From the NCBI GenBank assembly GCA_947628145.1, contig CANQYU010000003.1:1-50901 (forward strand): 50,901 nt of DNA, written 5' to 3'. This document shows, piece after piece, positions 1 through 8,387 of this stretch; position 1 is the first letter of the stretch, and the number at the start of each line of letters is the position of its first letter. The notes under the pieces were generated by a model. That model did not search any database. It saw nothing but the letters and a program-made list of their open reading frames with translations, and had not been told where the DNA came from. The DNA comes from an uncultured Bacilli bacterium (GTDB lineage Bacteria; Bacillota_I; Bacilli_A; RF39; UBA660). The translations under genes were made by a program, and so were the position numbers.

Positions 1-180
1 AAATCTTTTTGGCGTGGGTTTCTTTCCATTTATGACAAACTATTAAAAAGTAGTTGACTTATTATAGTTAGCCTCCACATCTCCAAATTACTATTGGTTT
101 CATTAACTATTATACCACAAGAAAAGCAAATCTCATATAGAGTTTGCTCATATAAATTGACTCATAATTTGTAAAATTAT

Positions 181-510
181 TTAATTATAGAATTCTTTAT
201 ATAACATATTTCCTTTATCAATTATCTCTTTGATTTTGGATTCTTCTATGTGTAATTCTTCACTTAATTTTTTCATATTATTAAAATCTTCATTTTTGAA
301 ATCAGAAGTAGTTCCTATTATTTCTTTATTATTTTTAGAATAAGTTGCGCCACTAAATTTGTTTTCATCACTCCAAGTTATTTCTGTATAATTGTTTTCA
401 TCTTCTATATCACAATATAAATTAGTATTATGAAAATGTAATAAAAAATCAAAAAAACTAGGCATTTGCTGATTTGGAACTCCAAAAGTTATATATTCAT
501 TATATTTCAT
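181..510 (-). CDS. Hypothetical protein (109 aa), possibly the 3' remnant of a longer gene
   Basis: ORF without a clear RBS; the frame stays open upstream of the ATG for 17 codons to an in-frame TGA and reads protein-like beyond it. Confidence 0.45.
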   Translation of the reverse strand: MKYNEYITFGVPNQQMPSFFDFLLHFHNTNLYCDIEDENNYTEITWSDENKFSGATYSKNNKEIIGTTSDFKNEDFNNMKKLSEELHIEESKIKEIIDKGNMLYKEFYN

Positions 511-614
511 AAAATAATAACCATCTCTATTTTTATAAAAATTGTTTTCTTTTAATGTTTCTCATTTTGTTTGTTCAAAAATTTTATATAAATATTCTCT
601 TTTTATTCTCTAGA

Positions 615-628
615 CTTGTGGTATAATA
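615..628 (+). promoter_or_regulatory. Extended -10 promoter (TGnTATAAT) driving the retron ncRNA-RT transcript
   Basis: TGGTATAAT at 619-627; predicted start site about 633-634 coincides with the 5' inverted repeat. Confidence 0.65.
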
Positions 629-632
629 TCTA

Positions 633-800
633 TGCAGTGGTGATTGGAATTTATTCCTACTTTAACGAGTCGTTAAGGGACTAAATTAATGAAGCTCATT
701 TAATTGTAATTATCCGAGGGACTATCCTACACGTTGTGTAGACGCTCCGTTACACTTCGCTTAAAGTCCATCTCCAAATTATAATATTTTTAGCACTGCA
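633..800 (+). ncRNA. Retron msr-msd non-coding RNA
   Basis: Terminal inverted repeats TGCAGTG(GTGA) 633-643 / (TTAG)CACTGCA 790-800; internal hairpins GGAAT/ATTCC, TTAACG-AGT-CGTTAA, CTACAC-GTT-GTGTAG; GC-richer than flanks; directly upstream of a retron RT. Confidence 0.75.
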
Positions 801-820
801 ATTTAATGGGAGGTAGTAAG

Positions 821-1780
821 ATGTGGAAATACATTGGGACAAAAGAATGTAACGAATTTTTGCTATCTCTCCATTTATTTAATTGTCAAAATACCAAAAA
901 ATATTTAAAAGTATTATATTCAATTAGCAACAATATTGAAAAAAATTATAATATATATAAAATTAAAAAAAGAAATGGTAAATATCGAACTATATATGAA
1001 CCCAATTCTCTTTTAAAGCATATTCAAAGCCAAATTTTAATTAATATACTTAATAATAAGTCTATATCAAAATATGCTAAAGCTTATCATAAGGGTATAT
1101 CCTTAAAAGATAATGCTCTTCCCCATATAAATAAAGAAATGATTTTAAAATTAGATATTGTCAATTTTTTTGAAAATATAACCTTTTTAGATATATATAA
1201 TTCTTGTTTTTCCATAGAATATTTTCCCAAATCAGTAGGAATGTTATTAACTTATTTATGTACATATGATGGGCATTTAACCCAAGGCTCTCCAACATCT
1301 GCCTATATTTCTAATCTAGTAATGAAAGATTTTGATAACATATTAGGCGAATGGTGTAAAGAAAATAATATATCATATACAAGATATTCTGATGATATGA
1401 CTTTTTCGGGTAATTTTAATCCAAGTGAAATAATAATTAAAGTTAGAAAGATGCTATATAAATTGGGACTAGAACTAAACGAAAGCAAAATCCATATTGT
1501 TCCTAAATCCGCCAGTCAAGTAGTCACGGGAATTATTGTGAATGAGAAAGCCCAAGTTAGTATAAAATATCGTAAAGCCCTAAGGCAAGAAATGTATTAT
1601 ATAAAAAAGTTTGGCTTGACATCCCATTTGCAAAAGAAAAATATCAATATTGACAAAGCTAAATACTTAAATAAACTTTATGGAAAAATAATATATGTCT
1701 TACAAATAAATGCAAATGCTCAAGAATTTATTAAATATAAAGAAATTTTAGAAAATTTACTAACTTTAAGTGATATTTAA
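821..1780 (+). CDS. Retron-type reverse transcriptase
   Basis: NALPH (region X NAxxH), KLDIxNFF, QGSPTS, YSDD catalytic motif, VTG (region Y); RBS GGGAGGT at 808-814 favours ATG 821 over 806. Confidence 0.92.
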   Translation: MWKYIGTKECNEFLLSLHLFNCQNTKKYLKVLYSISNNIEKNYNIYKIKKRNGKYRTIYEPNSLLKHIQSQILINILNNKSISKYAKAYHKGISLKDNALPHINKEMILKLDIVNFFENITFLDIYNSCFSIEYFPKSVGMLLTYLCTYDGHLTQGSPTSAYISNLVMKDFDNILGEWCKENNISYTRYSDDMTFSGNFNPSEIIIKVRKMLYKLGLELNESKIHIVPKSASQVVTGIIVNEKAQVSIKYRKALRQEMYYIKKFGLTSHLQKKNINIDKAKYLNKLYGKIIYVLQINANAQEFIKYKEILENLLTLSDI

Positions 1781-1848
1781 AGGTAATTTAAGCATAACGA
1801 ATTTTTATAATATAATAGAAATGAAAAATAATTATGGAGGCCTAAAAA

Positions 1849-2895
1849 ATGACTATTGAAGAAGAAATATTTACCAAAGCAAAAGCTGATTTTTCTAAAA
1901 TATCTAAATATGGATTTAAAAAAAATCAAACTTTATATAAATATTCTGAGAATATTATGGATAATAAATTTAGAGTTGATATTGAAATAAATCAAGATGG
2001 GGTAGTTAAAGGCAAAGTTTTTGACTTATCTTTTGATGAAGAATATTTTAACTTTCGAATGGAAGAAAATATAGGTTCCTTTGCCAGTCAAGTTAAAGAA
2101 GAATTTAAAAATTTATTAATCGATATTAGAAATGAATGTTTTATAAAAGAATATTTCCTATATGCGCAATCAAATAGAATTGCCTCTTTAATCAAAGAAA
2201 AATATAAATCTCATCCCGAATTTGAATGGGAAAAATTTCCAGGCTTTGCTACTTTTCGAAATAAAGATAATAAAAAATGGTATGGTTTAATAATGAATAT
2301 TAATCAAAATAAATTAATTCCCAACACTAATGGTGAAATAGAAATAATCAATCTAAAACTAGAACCAACCGAAATAGAAAATTTATTAAAATTAGATGGA
2401 TTTTATCCGGCTTATCATATGAATAAGAAAAATTGGATTTCAGTTATTCTGAATGATACTGTATCCGATGAAAAAATAATGAATTTAATCGCCAAAAGTT
2501 ATTCCTATACAGTTACAAATAAAAATAATGTTAAAAATGAGTGGCTCATCCCCGCGAATCCCAAATATTTTGATATTGAAAAAGCTCTAAAAGAAAATAA
2601 TATAATCACCTGGAAACAAAGTACTAATATTAAAGTAGACGACCTAGTTTATCTCTATGTTGCAGAACCCTATTCCTCAATTATGTATAAATTTAAAGTA
2701 ATTGATGTTAATATACCCTATGAATATCAAGATGAAAATTTAAATATTGAAAAAGTTATGAAAATAGCTCTAATAACTAGATATGAAAAAGGAAAATTAT
2801 CATTTAATAAATTAAAAGAATTTGGAATAAATGCTGTTAGAGGCCCAAGATATATGCCTGTAGCTTTAAGTGAATATATAAAAAAATTAAAATAG
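1849..2895 (+). CDS. MmcQ/YjbR family DNA-binding protein with C-terminal EVE-like domain
   Basis: KWYGLIM...INLK...PAYHMNKKNWISV (YjbR); WLIPANPKYFD...WKQ...VYLYV...VRGPR (EVE/PUA-like). Confidence 0.8.
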   Translation: MTIEEEIFTKAKADFSKISKYGFKKNQTLYKYSENIMDNKFRVDIEINQDGVVKGKVFDLSFDEEYFNFRMEENIGSFASQVKEEFKNLLIDIRNECFIKEYFLYAQSNRIASLIKEKYKSHPEFEWEKFPGFATFRNKDNKKWYGLIMNINQNKLIPNTNGEIEIINLKLEPTEIENLLKLDGFYPAYHMNKKNWISVILNDTVSDEKIMNLIAKSYSYTVTNKNNVKNEWLIPANPKYFDIEKALKENNIITWKQSTNIKVDDLVYLYVAEPYSSIMYKFKVIDVNIPYEYQDENLNIEKVMKIALITRYEKGKLSFNKLKEFGINAVRGPRYMPVALSEYIKKLK

Positions 2896-2982
2896 CTATT
2901 TACTATTAAAATTTAATTTTTTTAGCTAATTTCCAAAGAGTATTAACAAATTTAAAAGAACTTGCTAAATCAAGGAGAGCAT

Positions 2983-3327
2983 ATGAAAGAACTTATTTTT
3001 ATTCGCAAAACTATTGCGACCATTATGGCTTTAACTATTTTAATATGGGCTTTTTTCCAAAATAATATATATGGAAAAATAATTATAATTCCCTTTATTC
3101 TTTGCTCTCTTCTTCTTCTTTTAGAAAATATTTTTTTATTTCTAAATAATTTCAAAATTGCTCATATCTTTAATTATATTTTTAAAATAATTTTTTTTAT
3201 TTCGGCATTAAGTTTTTTGACATATGCTACCTATTATAGTATCACTCATAAAAAATATTCTCTTATTATTATAGTTATAATATTTTTAATTCTGCTAATT
3301 AAATTAATAAAAAAACTTAAATGTTAA
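2983..3327 (+). CDS. Small 4-TM membrane protein
   Basis: Hydrophobic helices; RBS AGGAG before ATG 2983. Confidence 0.65.
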   Translation: MKELIFIRKTIATIMALTILIWAFFQNNIYGKIIIIPFILCSLLLLLENIFLFLNNFKIAHIFNYIFKIIFFISALSFLTYATYYSITHKKYSLIIIVIIFLILLIKLIKKLKC

Positions 3328-3408
3328 AACTCTTTGTCAAAATTCCTAAAAGCTTTTGTAGATTTGTTATCCGAACTATTTTATAATTATAAACAAGGAG
3401 GAGAATTT

Positions 3409-3960
3409 ATGTTAGGGAAGAACATTTTAAAATTACGTAAACAAGCTGGACTTTCTCAAGAAGAATTAGGCGAAAAAATCAATGTAACTAGGCAAACTAT
3501 ATCAAACTGGGAGTTAAACGAAACTGCGCCTAATCCTGAACAGTTAAAATTACTATCTAAAGTTTTAGATGTTAGTATTGATGATTTATTAAATAATGAA
3601 CGAAAAGAGGTTTTAGCTAATAAAATTAGTAATACTGAAAAATTAGCAGGCATAATTATTAAAATATTAAAAATCTTTGGTATAATATTTATTATTTATT
3701 TTATTTTCATAATTATTGGCCTTATTTCTTTAATCTTGTTTAGAACTAAAAATAATCAAGAAGAAAGTATTTCATTTAGTTGTTCATTAAATGCGGAAGA
3801 ATATAAAATATCTATTGGCTCAGCTAATTATTTTTCCTGTCCTACATGTTCTAATGAGCTTCAAGTTAAACTGAAAGAATTAACTAATTATCAAAATATT
3901 AGTGCCTCTAAAAACAATATCGAAAATTATTTTACTAGTCTTAATGGTTATTGTGAATAA
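3409..3960 (+). CDS. XRE-family HTH regulator with TM helix and Cys-containing extracellular domain
   Basis: LRKQAGLSQEELGEKINVTRQTISNWE; one TM; RBS AGGAGG before ATG 3409. Confidence 0.85.
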   Translation: MLGKNILKLRKQAGLSQEELGEKINVTRQTISNWELNETAPNPEQLKLLSKVLDVSIDDLLNNERKEVLANKISNTEKLAGIIIKILKIFGIIFIIYFIFIIIGLISLILFRTKNNQEESISFSCSLNAEEYKISIGSANYFSCPTCSNELQVKLKELTNYQNISASKNNIENYFTSLNGYCE

Positions 3961-4035
3961 AAAGTAAACTTAATACTAATATTATATCTAAATTTAAATA
4001 TTTATTGTATAATAAAAGTAATTATGGAGGTTTAA

Positions 4036-4479
4036 ATGACAAATGACGAAACACTAAGACCTAAAAGAAGCAAATTAACTATTATTTTAATTGTAATATT
4101 AGGTACTATTTTTTATATTTTACCATCATTTTTAATCTTTGGTAGTTTTATCTATGAATTATGTAATCATACTCAGTTTGTTACAGAAAATAATAATATA
4201 ATCATTAATGATGGCAAACTAACTATAAAAAATCTTGAAGCTAATTATAATCCTGAAAGACAAGAATATATTATTACGGGTTCTATTGATGAATCTCCTA
4301 AAAATTACGATTTATATTTAGAATTTGAATTATATAATGAAAATGATTATATCATAGGTACCACATCTATTTCGCTCTCTTTAGCCCAAGATTCCAGTTA
4401 TAAAGTTAAAGCCATTTATAATGAAAATGACGCGAATGAGATTGTAAAATATAAATTAAAAAATGTTGAATTATATTAA
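4036..4479 (+). CDS. Membrane-anchored hypothetical protein (Ig-like/FxLYD-like domain possible)
   Basis: N-terminal TM, beta-rich C-terminus with FELYN motif; RBS GGAGG. Confidence 0.6.
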   Translation: MTNDETLRPKRSKLTIILIVILGTIFYILPSFLIFGSFIYELCNHTQFVTENNNIIINDGKLTIKNLEANYNPERQEYIITGSIDESPKNYDLYLEFELYNENDYIIGTTSISLSLAQDSSYKVKAIYNENDANEIVKYKLKNVELY

Positions 4480-4510
4480 AGAAGCCAAACTAAAAATAAG
4501 TTTTGCTTTT

Positions 4511-5755
4511 TTAATTTTCCATTTCTATAATTTTTTCTAATTCTTGCCCAATTTTTTTAACTACTCCCACGACTAAAGCATTACCCATCATAAAATTCCT
4601 TTTTTTATCACTCATGCCGGTATTTGTCCAATTATCCGGAAATTCATTAATTCTTTCACATTCTAAAGGAGTTAATAATCTTATTTTTTTAGTTATGAAA
4701 TCTTCAACAATATGGGTACTGCGACTAATTCCACCTTCGCTAGTTAGCATTGTGCGAGCTGGAGCTTCTAAATTATCTGGGTAGGGCATAGAGCCTTCCG
4801 AATAAAAATATTTTTCGCCATTAGGTTTAATTCGGGGAATACTTTTGCTTCCCTTTAATATTTTAAATTTTTGCAATTTTTCTTCACTTAAAAAATATTT
4901 ACTAGCAACCTCTTTATTTTCTATAATATCTTTTAAAGGCTTAATTTTTTCATTTATAGGTGTAACTTTAGCAGTATATATTTTTCCATTAAGCATAATT
5001 CCGGCATTATAAAATTGTGTTGTAAAATTATTACTAACCTCTAATAAATCTTTATAATTATCTTTAGTTATACTTGCTTTATTATCATTAAGAACATCTT
5101 TTATAATAGGAAATTGTTTAACAAATAACCCATTTTTTAAAACAATATTTTCTAATTTCTTATTTTTCATTTTTTTATAATAATTAGTACTTTTATGATA
5201 AGCAAATATATAAGTTCGTCTTCTTTTTTGAGGATGACCATACTCCGCGGCATTAATAACACGCCATTCCACCGCATAACCATTATCTAAAAAGCTTCTT
5301 AAAATAATTCCAAAATCTCTTCCTCTTTGTTTAGCCGGCGAAATAAGTATTCTATCAACATTTTCTAAAAGAACAAAAGGCGGTTTCTTAACTTTTAAAA
5401 CCTCATTAATTGCCCACCATAAAACTCCTTTTTTCCCCTCAATTCCCTTACTACTAGCTAAGGTTTTAGCGACGGAATAATCTTGACAAGGAAACCCTCC
5501 GACCAATAAAGTATGGGTAGGTATTTCTTCTTTATTAACTTTAAAAATATCTATATTACTAACATTATCTTTTCCAAATCTTTTGATATAGCAGTCATAA
5601 GCTTCTTGGGTTTTAGTCGCGGGTTCCCATTGATTAGCCCATAAAAAATGCCAATTTCCCTTTTCTATTACTTTATTATTATTTATAACTACATTATTAA
5701 GGCCACATCGAAATCCTCCAACTCCGGCGAATAATTCCACTACTGTTTTTTCCAT
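4511..5755 (-). CDS. dcm: DNA (cytosine-5) methyltransferase, M.Sau3AI-like (probable GATC specificity)
   Basis: ELFAGVGGF, WANQWEP, GGFPCQDYSVA, GIEGKKGVLWW, LENVDR, QRGRDF, MGNAL motifs as in the Sau3AI methylase family. Confidence 0.92.
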   Translation of the reverse strand: MEKTVVELFAGVGGFRCGLNNVVINNNKVIEKGNWHFLWANQWEPATKTQEAYDCYIKRFGKDNVSNIDIFKVNKEEIPTHTLLVGGFPCQDYSVAKTLASSKGIEGKKGVLWWAINEVLKVKKPPFVLLENVDRILISPAKQRGRDFGIILRSFLDNGYAVEWRVINAAEYGHPQKRRRTYIFAYHKSTNYYKKMKNKKLENIVLKNGLFVKQFPIIKDVLNDNKASITKDNYKDLLEVSNNFTTQFYNAGIMLNGKIYTAKVTPINEKIKPLKDIIENKEVASKYFLSEEKLQKFKILKGSKSIPRIKPNGEKYFYSEGSMPYPDNLEAPARTMLTSEGGISRSTHIVEDFITKKIRLLTPLECERINEFPDNWTNTGMSDKKRNFMMGNALVVGVVKKIGQELEKIIEMEN

Positions 5756-5892
5756 ATTGTCCTCCTGTTGTGCTATAAATATTATAAAATAAAACTAACA
5801 AAAGCTCTATATTTTTTAAGCAATTTCCCTAATTAAATTTTACTTTTATTATATTTAATGCTAAAATAACTATATAGAAATTTGGAGGTATT

Positions 5893-6642
5893 ATGTTACA
5901 AACATCAATTATTAAACGTCTTTCACCCGAAATGAAAAATAAAAGAATTTTAAGAATAAAAGAAGCTTTATCATTTCCTATGGGAGATAAAACTCACAAA
6001 AAGCGTACTTATATAAGTAAAGAAAAAGATTTAATTGCTTATTTTGAAAAACCCGGAAAAGAATATTCACGGAATAATAATCCTAATATTAATGATATGA
6101 CCCCTGTCGTGGAGGGACTTAATATTGCTTCTTTTAGTGAAATATGGAAAGAATTATTAGAACTTTCGATTATTCTAAATCCAGATACATATAAAAAATT
6201 ATTTACTATTATTTATAGATTAGCTTATTTATTAGATTGCAAAGAAATTAATGGTCAAGTTAGATTTCAACCAGCGGGGGAAATATTAGAAGAAATAAAT
6301 AATATTCAACAAGAAATTAATAGTAAAGGAAAAAAACTCAATATTTTAAAATTTTTAACTCTTTTAGATTTAATTGGCTGGAATGAAGATGTCAAATATC
6401 AAGCTAATTTATCTTTTAAACCAGTTAGAAAAGGGCGTATTAATAATATTTTAAGTATGATTTCTATTCCTTTAATATTTAAAAATTTTATTACCGAAGT
6501 TATTACTAATGCTCATAATTTAGAAAATATTGATTTTACTACTTTAATTGATATGGCTCAACAATTTGCGAGAACTAGAGGTATTGCCCCTATATCTAAT
6601 AAAGACTTAGTTGACCATTTATCTCCTTTCTTAATTGAATAG
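5893..6642 (+). CDS. Hypothetical protein, candidate cognate type II restriction endonuclease
   Basis: Divergent from the C5 MTase; soluble 249 aa; possible (D/E)xK motif in WNEDVKYQ; family not recognised. Confidence 0.5.
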   Translation: MLQTSIIKRLSPEMKNKRILRIKEALSFPMGDKTHKKRTYISKEKDLIAYFEKPGKEYSRNNNPNINDMTPVVEGLNIASFSEIWKELLELSIILNPDTYKKLFTIIYRLAYLLDCKEINGQVRFQPAGEILEEINNIQQEINSKGKKLNILKFLTLLDLIGWNEDVKYQANLSFKPVRKGRINNILSMISIPLIFKNFITEVITNAHNLENIDFTTLIDMAQQFARTRGIAPISNKDLVDHLSPFLIE

Positions 6643-6756
6643 TTTAATTTTCCTAAAATTCTTTTAAAATGCAACCAAATTTATCTAAAAAACAACCTAA
6701 AATTGGTCGAATGCAACCAGTAGAAATTATAAAATACTCTTGAAAGGAGAAAAAAT

Positions 6757-8238
6757 ATGAATAACAATTTTGCTGAAAATTTAAAAAAGCTTCGCAAAGA
6801 AAACAATCTCTCTCAAGAACAATTGGCTGAAGAATTAGGTGTATCTAGACAAGCTATATCTAAATGGGAATCTTCTCTTGCTTATCCTGAAATGGATAAA
6901 ATAATTGCTTTATGTGATAAATTTAATTTAAATATTGATGATTTACTCCATAAAGATATTAAAGAAATAAAAGGGGAGGAAGAGGTAAAAAATAATATTA
7001 ATAAAGGCATAGATGATTTTTTAAAATTTATAACTAATACTTTAAATCTATTTTGTAAAATGAATTTTAAAAGTAAAATAAAATGTTTATTTGAACAAAT
7101 AATAATAATTAGTTTTTTAGTAATTATATCGGCTATTTTATTTGTTTTTAGTAAATATATTATATTAGGTATTTTTGCTTTTTTACCCACTAAAATAAAT
7201 CATATTGTTTGTTCTTTAATTAATAATATTATTCTTTTATTTTTATTTATTGCTAGTTTAATTATCTTTATCCATATCTTTAAAACTAGATATTTAGATT
7301 ATTATACTAAACTAGAGATTTCTAAAAAAAGTAATGTCGAAGAACCTGTTAATTTAAACCAAGAGAATATAATTTTAAAAGAAAAAGAAGCTAAAATAAT
7401 ATTTCGTAATCCTGAAAATGAATATCGTTTTATTAATGGCTTATTTAAAATGATTTTAGGTATTATAAAATTCTTTGCTATCTTTGTTGTTCTTGGTTTA
7501 AGTTTTACTTTAATTTGTTTCTTTTTTAGCTTTGTAATTTCTTTTTTAATATTTAAAACAGGCCTCTTTTTTATCGGTCTATTACTAGCTATTTTATCTT
7601 GTGCAACCATTAATATTATTCTTTTATTATTAGTAATTAATTTTATATTTTCCCGCAAAAACTCTAAAAAAATTATGGTCATAAGCTTTATTGCTTCCAT
7701 AGCTACCTTTGGCATAAGTTTAGGTTTAATATTTATCGGTTCCCTTAACTTTAGTATAGTTACGCCTGATTTAAAAACTGCTTCTTTAGAACTTACTATG
7801 ACTGATAATTTATTTATTGATAATAATAACATTGAATATATTCCTCAAAATATAGATAATATTATTATTGAATCTCAAGTTCCTAATTTATGTAACTTAA
7901 AAGCCGAAAATATTTATTCTAATGACTTAATTTTATATAGTGAATGTAAAGAACCTTTAAAAGTTATTAAAGAAGCAATTACTAACTTAAATCACTATAA
8001 AATATTAGATTTAAATAATGATTTACAAAATATAAAAGTTTATGCATCTTCTGAAAATATTAATAAATTAAAACAAAATATTATAAAATATTATGAATAT
8101 GAAAATAGTTATAATGCTGAAATAACCGCGTATGAAAATGCTATTAATAATTATGTTAATCAAATAACTAATTATGAAGAAAAAATAGCCGAATTAGAAA
8201 ATGAGCTTGCTAATTATAAAAATAATCAATTTGAATAA
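6757..8238 (+). CDS. XRE-family HTH regulator fused to multi-TM domain and C-terminal coiled coil
   Basis: LRKENNLSQEQLAEELGVSRQAISKWE; several TM segments; heptad-like C-terminus. Confidence 0.85.
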   Translation: MNNNFAENLKKLRKENNLSQEQLAEELGVSRQAISKWESSLAYPEMDKIIALCDKFNLNIDDLLHKDIKEIKGEEEVKNNINKGIDDFLKFITNTLNLFCKMNFKSKIKCLFEQIIIISFLVIISAILFVFSKYIILGIFAFLPTKINHIVCSLINNIILLFLFIASLIIFIHIFKTRYLDYYTKLEISKKSNVEEPVNLNQENIILKEKEAKIIFRNPENEYRFINGLFKMILGIIKFFAIFVVLGLSFTLICFFFSFVISFLIFKTGLFFIGLLLAILSCATINIILLLLVINFIFSRKNSKKIMVISFIASIATFGISLGLIFIGSLNFSIVTPDLKTASLELTMTDNLFIDNNNIEYIPQNIDNIIIESQVPNLCNLKAENIYSNDLILYSECKEPLKVIKEAITNLNHYKILDLNNDLQNIKVYASSENINKLKQNIIKYYEYENSYNAEITAYENAINNYVNQITNYEEKIAELENELANYKNNQFE

Positions 8239-8313
8239 AATTTAAAAAAAATTAAAAAAACATTTGCAAAAAAATTTTAAAAATAGTATAATTTATTAGT
8301 CTGCTCCAGCAAT

Positions 8314-8352
8314 TATGCGTAAAAACAAGACTTGTTTTACGCATATTTTTTT
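8314..8352 (+). terminator. Intrinsic terminator in the 5' leader of the MATE gene (attenuator-like)
   Basis: TATGCGTAAAA...TTTTACGCATA stem followed by T7, between TATAAT (8287-8292) and the RBS. Confidence 0.6.
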
Positions 8353-8387
8353 GCTCAAATGCAGGTTTTATAAATGGAGGAAAAAAT

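Noticed and set aside
1-29. Start of a minus-strand gene (MERNPRQKD...) running off the window
   Set aside because: Only 9 codons visible and no convincing RBS, so it cannot be supported
560-570. TGA read as Trp (genetic code 4)
   Set aside because: Long ORFs are intact under code 11 and use TGG for Trp
821-1780. The RT as the DGR enzyme acting on VR1/VR2
   Set aside because: It has retron motifs (NAxxH, QGSPTS, VTG) rather than the DGR-type GxxxSQ, no avd gene is adjacent, and 633-800 does not resemble the VRs on either strand
821-1780. Group II intron or CRISPR-associated RT
   Set aside because: No maturase/X domain, no intron domain V, no cas genes
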